From Patescibacteria group bacterium (GTDB lineage: Bacteria; Patescibacteriota; Patescibacteriia; JAXHNJ01), in contig JBAZMP010000002.1 of the NCBI GenBank assembly GCA_041649715.1, forward strand, positions 4,964 to 68,963: a stretch of DNA of 64,000 bases. Reading direction: 5' to 3'. Below the pieces are notes generated by a model that ran no database searches, was not told the DNA's origin, and was given only the letters and a program-made list of their open reading frames with translations. Positions within the stretch are counted from its first letter, which is position 1. Each line of letters opens with the position of its first letter. Shown piece by piece: positions 19,967-29,674 of this stretch. The position numbers were made by a program, and so were the translations under genes.

Positions 19967-21988
19967 TTATTCCAAATTTTCCTGGATTATCTTTTTTAGG
20001 ATGATTAAATAGCGCGCCCGATTTTTATCTTTTGGGCCCATCAGCATCGTACTGATCGTCCAGATATCCAAGGCTGAACGGACCTTAAAGAGAGAAAGGT
20101 TTTTTTTCACCTCCTTGGCGATCTTCAGCCCGGCTTTTTTATAATACGTTTCTAGAAATATGTTTTGCAATGTTTTTATCCTTTTTTCGACCAGGAGGCG
20201 GTCAAGCATGATCCGCAAATGAATGAGGAAATTAGCGACATCAAAAGCGGGATAAAAAAGGCAGGAAAGGGTATAGTCAATCACGGCAACCTCATTGGCG
20301 GGCGTGATGATAATATTGGAAGCCTGGAAATCATTATGTGAAAGGACGAGTTTCGCCCCCTTGAGATCGGCTTTGGCCAATTTTAAATATTGATCGCGCC
20401 ATTTCTTGATCATCGGATAGTCTGGCGCGTCATATTTTTTTATTTTGGTCCTTAAATCCTGGAAAAAGTTCGGTTCGTCGTATCTTCTTTTATTGACGGC
20501 TGGCCAGGGCAGACGATGAAGCCTGGCAAGAGTAGCGGCGATTTTTTGGACGATGTTTGAAAAATTACGGCTCTTAAAATTCCACTCGCGCAGACGGGTT
20601 CCCGGCGTCTCCTCATAAAAAACATAGGGAACGTTGCGGAAAAAGAATAGCGGCCGGGGCGAGACCAAGCCCGGCTGGTTATGCTCATAAACATGTTTTA
20701 GGATAATGTATGTTTGGTGGGAAATAATGTTGCCGCGCAGGTAATAATCCACTTTTTCATTTTTGAAGGTGGCCACCGTTATTTTTGTGCGGGTTAAAAA
20801 ACTTGTTTCTGACAGGGCGTCCGGTTGATCAATGGTCAGATCAATAATATGCTTGGCTGCCGGGAAAAAACGGCGGAGATTTTTATTATAAAACTTCATC
20901 ATCACTTCCTTATTGGAGAAGACTTCTTTCAGATTCTTCTTTTTTTGCCACGGGGAGATATTCTCTCCGGTGTTAACGTTAAGTTCCCGGCAGATTTCCC
21001 GGGCTTTTCTAAGGGCCCGTAAGATTGTTTCATCCGCCTCGGGGCTTTGGGAGACGGAAACGGTATAAGCGATGATCTGCATAATCCACCAAAGCTCATG
21101 GAGCTGAAATCTGGCTTTTATTTCTTTAAATTTGATATTTCTGGCGCCCAAATAGGCGTCGATAAAGGTTTTTTTGACGCTGACGGCAGTGTTTGAGTCA
21201 AAACCCCCTCGCCACATAATGAGATTTGTCTGGGCGATTAAATTGGCCAGATCGCTGACGGGGTCAAAAATGACGCTTCGCCCCCAATCAATTACCCCGA
21301 TACTGTTTTTATTGATGATAATATTGTGCGGATTAAAGTCGCCGTGGGTGAGGCAGAATTGATCTTTTTTCGCGTAGACCAATTCTTCAAAAAGAGGGAA
21401 TGAATTTTCCAAAATAGTGGTGCCGGCGGCGTATATTCCCGGATAATAGTTCTTGTAATCTTCCTTGAAATAGCCGATCTCATTTTTGATTAGGCCCAAG
21501 GAACGGATCTTGCCCTGCTTAATCTTCAATTCGTGGAAACGGGCCAGCCACAAAGCCGCCTGCTTGGTCAGGTAAAGCAGGTCTTTCGGCTTTTTGCGGA
21601 TATATTTTGAGAAGGTGACGCCGGGATATTCTTCGTAGAGGACCAGATTGATCTTAGGATAGTATCCCAAGGAAAGCGGAACGTGAAAGGGGGTGAAGGC
21701 AAAGCCCTTACGGTAGAGGATTTTTTGGCTTAAATCCGCGATTTTTATTTCATCTTGACTGTCTCGCGAAGGGACATTGCCCCGGAATATTTTTTTGTCT
21801 GTCTTGCCGGCCGGCGTCTTAAAAGTCAGCTCGTACTTGAGGGATTTCTTGAACTCAAATTCGCTGATATCGAAAATTTCGATGTTTTTTAAGCGGCTAC
21901 CGGGCGGAAAAAAATCCTTGACGATTTTTTCAAAAAACGCCCGCATGTATTTTTTGTTTTTGACCTTTAGGAAAAACTCCGCCGGCAT
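19967..21988 (-). CDS. tandem two-domain APH/choline-kinase-fold phosphotransferase
   Basis: LARFH...HGDFNPHN...IDW...DLAN and LARLH...HNDFQASN...IDY...DVAN. Confidence 0.8.
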   Translation of the reverse strand: MPAEFFLKVKNKKYMRAFFEKIVKDFFPPGSRLKNIEIFDISEFEFKKSLKYELTFKTPAGKTDKKIFRGNVPSRDSQDEIKIADLSQKILYRKGFAFTPFHVPLSLGYYPKINLVLYEEYPGVTFSKYIRKKPKDLLYLTKQAALWLARFHELKIKQGKIRSLGLIKNEIGYFKEDYKNYYPGIYAAGTTILENSFPLFEELVYAKKDQFCLTHGDFNPHNIIINKNSIGVIDWGRSVIFDPVSDLANLIAQTNLIMWRGGFDSNTAVSVKKTFIDAYLGARNIKFKEIKARFQLHELWWIMQIIAYTVSVSQSPEADETILRALRKAREICRELNVNTGENISPWQKKKNLKEVFSNKEVMMKFYNKNLRRFFPAAKHIIDLTIDQPDALSETSFLTRTKITVATFKNEKVDYYLRGNIISHQTYIILKHVYEHNQPGLVSPRPLFFFRNVPYVFYEETPGTRLREWNFKSRNFSNIVQKIAATLARLHRLPWPAVNKRRYDEPNFFQDLRTKIKKYDAPDYPMIKKWRDQYLKLAKADLKGAKLVLSHNDFQASNIIITPANEVAVIDYTLSCLFYPAFDVANFLIHLRIMLDRLLVEKRIKTLQNIFLETYYKKAGLKIAKEVKKNLSLFKVRSALDIWTISTMLMGPKDKNRARYLIILKKIIQENLE

Positions 21989-23349
21989 TATTTTTTTTCC
22001 TTTTGATAGCTTTTGATTTCCGCGATGCGGTTGCGCAAGTGGGCTGCCCTTTCGTATTCTTCTCCTTTCACCATGATTTTTATTTCCTGGCGAAGGTTAT
22101 TGATAATTTTGTCGATTTCCTTTTTCGGCAGTTCGGGGATCGCCTCATCGCTTCTTTGACGCACTTCCTCGTCTTCCTGGCGGCTTAAGGCCTCAACCGT
22201 GCCGTTACGCTGCCATTCGAAACCCGTAAATACAATGTCCTGGTAGAGTTTTTGCGCCCGATCTTTCAAAGCGGCAGGCGCCCCGGCTAAAAGCTGAATG
22301 GTTTCCTTCAATTCTTTGGCGCCGGCCTCGATCATTTCTAGGCTCCACCAGGGTTTGGCCGAGGCCCACCAAAATTGATCGGAATGCACCGCCCGGTCAA
22401 GCAGCATTCGGGCTTTTTGGTAGTTCGGATCGCGGCCAAATTGGCTGATCGCCTTTACGGCCAGGTGAAAGAGTTCCCATTGTTTTTCGTGGATCAAATT
22501 GCCCGGGTCATCCCAGCGGGAGAAAGGGGCGTTTTTTTCTAGATCTTTTTCCATTAGCGCCCAGGTGGAAGAAGCGGGGGTGATAGCTATTTCATCCTTA
22601 AAATATTTCGGAAGCTCTGAGATTAGGACGGTTTTTAATTTTTTTGACTTGTACATTTCAAAAAGGAGATGTTCCATACCCGGCCGATGGTGGCCAAAGG
22701 TTTCGCCGTCCATGGCAGTCAGTAAATACTCGTGCTTTTTCAGCCTTTCGCCTAAGGAGTCGATAAGAAGGGTGCCGGTTCCGAGCTGTCCGGACAGGAT
22801 CTTGTAGCTCATTTTTCTCTCCCGGAAGTATATTTTGAAATTCGGGGTGCCCTTGACGGTGTAAATTTTACTGTAATCAACGCGGCCCTGTTCCTTGGGA
22901 AAGGAAAGTTCGTCGACGATAATCCATTGGTAGCCTAAGCCGGCCACGATCTTGGCCACTTCGGGAGAAAAACCCATCTCCGGCGGAAAAAAGCCTTTCG
23001 GCTGGAAGGCTTCGCCAAAATATTTTTTATGGGCTTCGTGGTTTAGCTTCACTTGCCGGATGACCTCCTCTTTCGGTAATTTTGGCAGCAGCGGGTGGTA
23101 TTTGGCGCTGGCCGTCAGCTCGATCTGTCCTCTTTTTAGAAGCATTCTTATGTCATCAATGAGGTCTTGGCAGCCGTTTTGTTCGAATAATTCCACTAAA
23201 ATCGCGCTGACGTTCAAAGTGAGCTTGGCTTCAGGCGCTCTTTTTAGCTCGGCGACAATCCGGCGGTAAGACTCATCGGCGATTTTTTTTACCCAATAAG
23301 GTTTTTGGGTGGGGGGTTGGTAAATGTGTAAGAAATTGGCCCAATACAT
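21988..23349 (-). CDS. GH57 glycoside hydrolase with C-terminal UVR-like coiled coil
   Basis: NFLHIYQP, YHPLLP, PPEMG, DGETFGHH, SDQFWW; tail EEYERAAHLRNRI. Confidence 0.88.
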   Translation of the reverse strand: MYWANFLHIYQPPTQKPYWVKKIADESYRRIVAELKRAPEAKLTLNVSAILVELFEQNGCQDLIDDIRMLLKRGQIELTASAKYHPLLPKLPKEEVIRQVKLNHEAHKKYFGEAFQPKGFFPPEMGFSPEVAKIVAGLGYQWIIVDELSFPKEQGRVDYSKIYTVKGTPNFKIYFRERKMSYKILSGQLGTGTLLIDSLGERLKKHEYLLTAMDGETFGHHRPGMEHLLFEMYKSKKLKTVLISELPKYFKDEIAITPASSTWALMEKDLEKNAPFSRWDDPGNLIHEKQWELFHLAVKAISQFGRDPNYQKARMLLDRAVHSDQFWWASAKPWWSLEMIEAGAKELKETIQLLAGAPAALKDRAQKLYQDIVFTGFEWQRNGTVEALSRQEDEEVRQRSDEAIPELPKKEIDKIINNLRQEIKIMVKGEEYERAAHLRNRIAEIKSYQKEKK

Positions 23350-23387
23350 AGGTTATTCTTAATTAGTTGATAAGTTTATAATTTATA

Positions 23388-24623
23388 CTATTCGGTAATC
23401 TTCTTGCCGCCCATTTCCGGGACAAAACCGACCTTATGCATGTATTCTTCGGCCTTGGCTTTGGCCTGGCCGGAAGCCTGCCACTCGCGGACCAAACCGG
23501 CTAATTCTTCAAGCATTTTCTGGGTTTCGTTTACCTCGGCGATGGAAATGCTTTTCAGAGGTTCTAAAACCCGGACTAGTTCTTCCGCCTCGCGGATGAT
23601 AATTTCCTGGCTCCACCAAGGCCGCATCGAAGCCCACCAGAATTGATCGGAAGCCAAGGATTTATCCAGAAGTTCTTGGGCGTAAGATAGATTCTCGTCT
23701 TTATTATTCTTCGCTTTTTCCATCAGTCCCAGGATTTTTTCCACTAGGGCCCATTGTCTGACATGAATAGGGTTTTTGGGGTTTTGCCACAGTATGTAAG
23801 GGGTTTTTTCAGAAAAATCTTCTTCTTCGGAAGACCAGCTGGCGGGGGCAAGGTCGACGGCCTCGAATTTATCGTAGTTTTTCAATAGCGCCGAGCAGGT
23901 GTCGGTGGTCACCTCCGACCGGGTAATCAGATTTTCCCAGAGTTTTTCCGTATTTTTCCGGTGGTGACCCAAGTTTTCTCCGTCCATGCCGGTTATCAAA
24001 AAATCCTTGCAGCGGCCATCTTCTTTGATTTTGTGGCAAAATTCATCCGGTTTTTCAAACAAAGCCTCAAAAGCGAAAAAGTTGCTGATGGTGCGGTTGC
24101 GGAAAATAACTTTTATGGAAGTATTCTTTATTTGATATCCCTGCTGGCAATTTACTCGGCCGATTTTTTTATTATAAGAAATTTCATCCAGAATAACCCA
24201 TTTTATTTTTAATTTTTCCAAGACCGGGACAAGATTATTACCCCAGGCCATCTCTGGGACGTAAAACCCTCGAGGTTTGTAGGCCGAGCCGAGATATCTG
24301 CGGTTCGCCTCTTCATTAAGACGGATCTGGCGGTAGATTATTTCCGCCGAGAAAAGAGGCAGGATAAGATGATATTTGGCGCTGTGAGTAAATTCTATTT
24401 GGCCGTTTTTGGCCAGCTTAATCAGATCTTCGATGATACCCAGGTAGCCGTATTTTGCCAGCTGTTCGGTCAAACTGGCGCTGATGTTTAGGGTTATTTT
24501 TACCGAGGGATTTCTTTTCAATATATCGAGCAAGGGGCCATAGCATTCGCGGGTTACTTTCCGGATAGTGGCCTCTTCCCAGTCCGGCGGCTGGTAAATA
24601 TGGAAAAAATTGATCCAGATCAT
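23388..24623 (-). CDS. GH57 glycoside hydrolase
   Basis: NFFHIYQP, YHLILP, VPEMA, DGENLGHH, SDQFWW. Confidence 0.88.
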   Translation of the reverse strand: MIWINFFHIYQPPDWEEATIRKVTRECYGPLLDILKRNPSVKITLNISASLTEQLAKYGYLGIIEDLIKLAKNGQIEFTHSAKYHLILPLFSAEIIYRQIRLNEEANRRYLGSAYKPRGFYVPEMAWGNNLVPVLEKLKIKWVILDEISYNKKIGRVNCQQGYQIKNTSIKVIFRNRTISNFFAFEALFEKPDEFCHKIKEDGRCKDFLITGMDGENLGHHRKNTEKLWENLITRSEVTTDTCSALLKNYDKFEAVDLAPASWSSEEEDFSEKTPYILWQNPKNPIHVRQWALVEKILGLMEKAKNNKDENLSYAQELLDKSLASDQFWWASMRPWWSQEIIIREAEELVRVLEPLKSISIAEVNETQKMLEELAGLVREWQASGQAKAKAEEYMHKVGFVPEMGGKKITE

Positions 24624-24627
24624 AAAT

Positions 24628-26097
24628 TTAGCTTGTTTTTTTCTCGCGGAGTTTTTTAATCGCCAAATAGTAGAGAGCGAGGTATTTTTTTGCGGGGATC
24701 TCCCAAGAATAAGAAAGGCGCATGGCCTGCCAGGTGAGATGTTCCCAGGTTTTTCGGTATTTGTAATTGACCAGGGCCCGGATGATGGCCGCCAAAAAAT
24801 CTTCTTTTATAAAACGGGAAAAGACGAAACCGTTGCCTCTTTCTTTGCGGGGGTCAAAGTCGGTGATGGTGTCGGACAGCCCTCCGGTTTCATGGACAAT
24901 CGGGATGGAGCCGTAACGCAGACTGATCATCTGGGAGATGCCGCAGGGTTCATAGCGTGAGGGCATCAGGAACATGTCTGAGCCGGCATAAACCCGCGCC
25001 GCCATTTTATCAGTGAAAGGGGAAGAGATGGCGATTTTCCGGGGGAATTTGCGGTTCAGCTTGCGGAAGGAATTGATATATTCTTTTTGCCCCGAACCAA
25101 CGACAATGAATTGAATGTCCATTTTCAGAAGAAAATCCATAAGGCGGAGAATTAGATCAAACCCTTTTTGTTCGGTCAGGCGGTGCACCAGACCAATCAG
25201 AGGGATGTCCGGGTCTACTTTTAGCTTCATCTCTTTCTGTAGGAGAAGCTTGTTCTTTTTCTTTTTGTCCAAAGAATTCCAGTCGTATTTATGCCGGATA
25301 TAGGGGTCAAAAAGGGGATTATACACATTATAATCTATCCCGTTGATGATGCCGAAGACATCCTTTTTCCGGGCCCGTAATATCCGATGCAAACCTTGGC
25401 CGAATTCCGGGGTCATTATTTCCTTGGCGTATCTTTCACTAACCGTGTTGATTATGTCGGCGTTTAACAAGGCTCTTTTCGTAAAATTTATATTTTTTAT
25501 TTCACCCTCCTTTTTTACGGGCGGAAGGTGATGGCCGTCATCGACCAGTTTTTTGGGAATTGTCCACCAATTCTGCTGGAACTGAAAAGGAAGGTTGTGG
25601 ATGGTAAAAAGAGTCGCTATCTTTGAATAGCCGATCTCCGCGCGGAATTTTTTCGCCAGATAGTTGGGAATTAGCCCGGCGTGCCAGTCCTGACAGTGGA
25701 TAACGTCAATTTTAAGTTTGAACTTCTCGATCATTTTTAAAACCGCCAGGTCAAAAAACAAGAATCTTAAGTTATCATCGGCGTAGTTATATAATCTTGA
25801 GCGATTGAACAGTTGCCAATTATAAATAAAATAGATGGGAATTTCGGGGGTAAAAAAAGTGCGCCGGTATTTGATATGATAATTGTTTTTATTAATAGTG
25901 ATATTGTCCTCGCCGATTTCTTCGATCTTTAAATTCTGGTTGCGGATAAAGCCGTAGTATGGCATGACCACGATCACTTTTTGTCCGAGGTGGACCAAGG
26001 CTTTTGGTAGGGCGTTGCAGACGTCAGCCAGACCGCCGGTGCGGGCATAAGGGGCGATTTCGGCCGTGGCCATTAAGATGGTGAGCGGTTTATTCAT
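24628..26097 (-). CDS. glgA: glycogen/starch synthase (GT5), second copy
   Basis: RTGGLADV, HCQDWH, TIHN, MPSRYEPCG, TGGL. Confidence 0.9.
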   Translation of the reverse strand: MNKPLTILMATAEIAPYARTGGLADVCNALPKALVHLGQKVIVVMPYYGFIRNQNLKIEEIGEDNITINKNNYHIKYRRTFFTPEIPIYFIYNWQLFNRSRLYNYADDNLRFLFFDLAVLKMIEKFKLKIDVIHCQDWHAGLIPNYLAKKFRAEIGYSKIATLFTIHNLPFQFQQNWWTIPKKLVDDGHHLPPVKKEGEIKNINFTKRALLNADIINTVSERYAKEIMTPEFGQGLHRILRARKKDVFGIINGIDYNVYNPLFDPYIRHKYDWNSLDKKKKNKLLLQKEMKLKVDPDIPLIGLVHRLTEQKGFDLILRLMDFLLKMDIQFIVVGSGQKEYINSFRKLNRKFPRKIAISSPFTDKMAARVYAGSDMFLMPSRYEPCGISQMISLRYGSIPIVHETGGLSDTITDFDPRKERGNGFVFSRFIKEDFLAAIIRALVNYKYRKTWEHLTWQAMRLSYSWEIPAKKYLALYYLAIKKLREKKTS

Positions 26098-26103
26098 AAT
26101 TAT

Positions 26104-27183
26104 TTATTTAATAATACCCAAATAGCGACTGGCGATGACAAACATGGCGTGGCTCCAGGCCAAGGGATTGATGCTTTTTCGGAAATCCGGAAAAATCTGC
26201 TCGGGGATATAATTTTCCACTCTATCCAGTACCCAGGTGTAATAGGCGAGAGCCTTTTTTTTGTTGCCGGCCAGCACCCAATAAATCGCCAGCCAAAAGT
26301 TCAAAATCGGCCAGGCGCCGCCGCCTTCCCAGGCGGTACCTTCTGAGTCGAAATAATCAAATTGAAAACGATGAACGCCGCCCCCAACCACCAAATTCTC
26401 TTCGATTTTCTGGACGGTATTTTTTATTTTCTTGTCGTCCGGCTCAATGATTTCGAAAGGGTAAACAAGGCCCAGGAGCGAAGCATCAATATTTTTGTCG
26501 GAAATTTTTCCCGCGTTACGATAAAAATATTCATCGGATAGACTGTAGGCTTCTTCTATCTCGCGGATCATCTGCCGGGCGACCGCCTCCCAGGCTTTAT
26601 TGGGCAGAATCTGGTGAGCGCAGAGCAGTCCTCTGGCGCAGGCGGCCAGGGAATAGGTAAAATTATTTTCCATGACCGAAGAAGTTTTTCGGTAACCGTC
26701 TTCCCAGAGATCAAGGGTATTGGGCAAAAAATATTTTTTGTTCCAGGCCGCGCAAAGCCCTTCGGCCAGCCATTTGATCAGGTCTTTGTATTTTAAGGCT
26801 TTTTTTAAATCCGTCTTAAAATTAGAATAGACCATCCATAAAACGGTGCCCATTTGGTCGGGCTCGAATTGGGCGCCCATGGAAGCGACGCGCCCGTTCG
26901 TCGAATAATTGGCGTAAAGCAATTTATCCTTTTTGAAATCCTCGGGTTTGGTGAAAAGCCAATCCAGGAATTTTTCTTGTATTTCAATATTTAGATGTTT
27001 GGCCGCGACACAGACAAAAGAGGCGTCGCGCGGCCAAACATAACGGTAATTGGCCGCTTGGCGCGGATAATAGGTTTTATCCGTGTTGGCAGCCACGATC
27101 GCGCCGTTTTCCAGGGCGCAATCATTGAAAACCCTTGCGGAGCTTTCAATCAGTTGGCTGATTTTTTTCTTATCTAGGGGCAT
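26104..27183 (-). CDS. GH15 glucoamylase-like glycoside hydrolase
   Basis: GAIVAA, YRYVWPRD, DLWED, IDASLL, IPEQ, PLAWSHA. Confidence 0.88.
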   Translation of the reverse strand: MPLDKKKISQLIESSARVFNDCALENGAIVAANTDKTYYPRQAANYRYVWPRDASFVCVAAKHLNIEIQEKFLDWLFTKPEDFKKDKLLYANYSTNGRVASMGAQFEPDQMGTVLWMVYSNFKTDLKKALKYKDLIKWLAEGLCAAWNKKYFLPNTLDLWEDGYRKTSSVMENNFTYSLAACARGLLCAHQILPNKAWEAVARQMIREIEEAYSLSDEYFYRNAGKISDKNIDASLLGLVYPFEIIEPDDKKIKNTVQKIEENLVVGGGVHRFQFDYFDSEGTAWEGGGAWPILNFWLAIYWVLAGNKKKALAYYTWVLDRVENYIPEQIFPDFRKSINPLAWSHAMFVIASRYLGIIK

Positions 27184-27192
27184 AAAAAATAA

Positions 27193-27669
27193 TCAGGTGT
27201 AAGATTTTTTTTGCATACAGCAATAGGCGATGGCCAGAGCGTCAGCCGCGTCATCAGGCGTGGGCACGGCCTTTAAATTGAAAATTGCCTTTAGCATTTT
27301 TTGCATCTGGCCCTTGTCGGCTTTACCGTAGCCGGTGGTCGTTTGCTTGACTTGCAGGGGCGTAAATTCCAACAAAGGGATTTTTTCTTCCGCCGCCGCG
27401 AGACAAACCACGCCCCGCGCCTGGCTGACCAAAAGGGCGGTTTTGGTGTTTTGGCCGAAGAATAGCGATTCCACTCCGATTCTTTCCGGCTTATATTTTT
27501 TAATGATTTTTTTTAGCTCTCTGGAAATTTTTTCCAGCCTTTTTTCCAAGGGGGTTTTGGTTTCCGTGGTCAGGCAGCCGTAGACAATATTCAAAGTTTT
27601 TAATCCATCGGTTTTAAGAATGGCGTAGCCGGTCCGGGCCAGCCCCGGGTCAATGCCTAGAATAATCAT
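27193..27669 (-). CDS. ruvC: Holliday junction resolvase RuvC
   Basis: ILGIDPG, ESLFF, TPLQVK, DDAADALAIA. Confidence 0.97.
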   Translation of the reverse strand: MIILGIDPGLARTGYAILKTDGLKTLNIVYGCLTTETKTPLEKRLEKISRELKKIIKKYKPERIGVESLFFGQNTKTALLVSQARGVVCLAAAEEKIPLLEFTPLQVKQTTTGYGKADKGQMQKMLKAIFNLKAVPTPDDAADALAIAYCCMQKKSYT

Positions 27670-27671
27670 AG

Positions 27672-28385
27672 TTATGCGATATTAGTATAAACCTGATTCA
27701 CGTCCTCCTGCTCCTCAAGACTTTCAATCAGATTTTGTATTGATTGCCATTTTTTTTCCGATTCAATCTCCACCTTGTTTTTCGCCACCAACTGGATTTC
27801 CGCGGCCGTGATCTTATATTTTTCCGCGAGCTTGTTTTTCACGCTCTGGCAGTCTTCTTTATTTGTGATGACGGTTATTTCGTTTTCGTCCGCCTGAATG
27901 TCTTCGGCTCCGGCGTCAATGGCGACCAACTCTATTTCGTCCTTGCTTTTGCTTTCCGGATCGACGATGATAACGCCCTTTTCTTCAAAGAGCCACCTTA
28001 CGGAATTCGCCTCGCCTAGGCGGCCGTTATTTTTCGCCAGAATGTTCTTTATTTCGCTCGTTGTCCGGTTGCGATTATCGGATAGAGCTTCCACTAAAAG
28101 GGCGATGCCACCCGGTCCATAGGCCTCATACATGATTGATTCCAGCTGGCTGCTTCCTTCTCCGGTGGCTTTTTTGACCGCCCGCTCAATATTGTCCTGG
28201 GGCATGTTGGCGGCTCGGGCCTTTTCTATGGCCAATCTTAATTTAAAATTGGCCGCCGGGTCTGCCCCGCCTTCTTTAGCGGCAATGGTCACGGCGCGGA
28301 TCAGTTTAGAAAATATTTTGCCTTTCTTCTCATCAGAAGCGCCCTTTTGCCTTTTTATCTGTCTCCATTTGGAGTGGCCGGACAT
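27672..28385 (-). CDS. yebC: YebC/PmpR family protein
   Basis: MSGHSKW, NMPQDNIERA, YEAYGPGG, DNRNRT. Confidence 0.97.
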   Translation of the reverse strand: MSGHSKWRQIKRQKGASDEKKGKIFSKLIRAVTIAAKEGGADPAANFKLRLAIEKARAANMPQDNIERAVKKATGEGSSQLESIMYEAYGPGGIALLVEALSDNRNRTTSEIKNILAKNNGRLGEANSVRWLFEEKGVIIVDPESKSKDEIELVAIDAGAEDIQADENEITVITNKEDCQSVKNKLAEKYKITAAEIQLVAKNKVEIESEKKWQSIQNLIESLEEQEDVNQVYTNIA

Positions 28386-28421
28386 TTTTTACCATTAAAA
28401 AAATAAGGTTAGAGTGCTTAT

Positions 28422-28450
28422 AATATAACATTTTTTACGTTTCAAGTCAA
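28422..28450 (-). promoter_or_regulatory. sigma70-type promoter heading the yebC-ruvC-glucan operon
   Basis: TTGACT-17 nt-TATATT with extended TG. Confidence 0.6.
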
Positions 28451-28520
28451 AGTAAAACTTCAGCAGCATTTGCTTAATTTGCGGTCCTTTGCTAGAGTGA
28501 ATTCAGATATAATAAAAAAT

Positions 28521-29585
28521 ATGAAAAAGTTGGAAAACAAAAATATTTTTCAAAAATACGACTCCGGAAAAGTTTTGTCTTCCTTAGAGCAGCTGCCTAA
28601 ACAATGCCGCCAAGCGCAGAAAGAAACAAAAAATTTAAAATTTCCGGCTGAATACCGCCGGGTCAGAAACATCCTTGTTTGCGGCATGGGCGGTTCGGGT
28701 TTGGGCAGCGACCTGATCCGAAATGTCTTTGCGAGCCGTTTAAGAGTGCCTCTTAATATCAATGCGGATTATGACTTGCCCGATTACGTGGATAAGGATA
28801 GTCTGGTCGTTGCTTCCAGCTATTCCGGCAATACCGAAGAAACATTGGTTGCCTGCCGCGCCGCTTTGAAGCGGGGGTCTAAACTTTTAGTTATTTCCGC
28901 CGGCGGAAAATTAGCGGGTTTTGCCCGGCACCGTCGTCTGCCGGCCTATATTTTTACGCCTAATTTTAATCCTTCTGGCCAGCCCCGTCTGGGTCTCGGT
29001 TACTCGGTCATCAGCCAAACGGAGATTTTTAGAAAACTGAATATATTAAGAATATCGGAAAAAGAAATAGAGTCAGCCATCGGTTTTTTGGAGTCGTCAA
29101 TCAATGATTTTTCAATAGCGGCCAGAAATAATCCCGCTAAACAGATCGCTTACCGTTTTTTCAGAAAAGTCCCGGTTATTTTTTCCGGCAATTCTCTTTT
29201 GGGCAGCGCTCATGTCTTGGCCAATCAGATCAATGAAAATGCCAAGAATTACGTCAGTTTTTACGCCTTGCCCGAATTAAATCACCATCTTTTGGAAGGT
29301 TTGACCCATCCAACGGTTTTGCGCCAATTTACTTTTTTGCTTCTGGAATCAAACCTCGATTCGCCCGCGGTAAAAAAGCGTTTTTCGGTCACCAGGAAAA
29401 TACTGGCAAAGAAGAAACTGGAAGCGACTACGCTTGTGGCCAAGGGCCGCGACCGCTTTAGCCAGGCTTTATGGCTGATGCTTTTCGGCGGCTTTGCCAG
29501 TTTTTACCTGGCGATGTTAAATCAGGAAAATCCCTCCTTGATCCCCTGGGTGGATTTCTTAAAAAGGGAATTAGCCAAAAAATAA
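28521..29585 (+). CDS. bifunctional phosphoglucose/phosphomannose isomerase (SIS)
   Basis: GMGGSG, SYSGNTEET, QPR, NENAK, PELNHH. Confidence 0.9.
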   Translation: MKKLENKNIFQKYDSGKVLSSLEQLPKQCRQAQKETKNLKFPAEYRRVRNILVCGMGGSGLGSDLIRNVFASRLRVPLNINADYDLPDYVDKDSLVVASSYSGNTEETLVACRAALKRGSKLLVISAGGKLAGFARHRRLPAYIFTPNFNPSGQPRLGLGYSVISQTEIFRKLNILRISEKEIESAIGFLESSINDFSIAARNNPAKQIAYRFFRKVPVIFSGNSLLGSAHVLANQINENAKNYVSFYALPELNHHLLEGLTHPTVLRQFTFLLLESNLDSPAVKKRFSVTRKILAKKKLEATTLVAKGRDRFSQALWLMLFGGFASFYLAMLNQENPSLIPWVDFLKRELAKK

Positions 29586-29598
29586 TATTATAAGCAAT

Positions 29599-29635
29599 AA
29601 AACTCCCGGCTTCCGTGCTTGGCCAGGAGTTTTTT
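29599..29635 (+). terminator. intrinsic terminator
   Basis: AAAACTCC.GGC...GCC.GGAGTTTTTT. Confidence 0.65.
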
Positions 29636-29674
29636 ATTTTGGCTAAACAAGCCTGAAAATGATATACTGTGAGT

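Noticed and set aside
19967-21988. Aminoglycoside resistance gene
   Set aside because: Only the fold is shared; double-domain size and coupling to glucan genes argue otherwise
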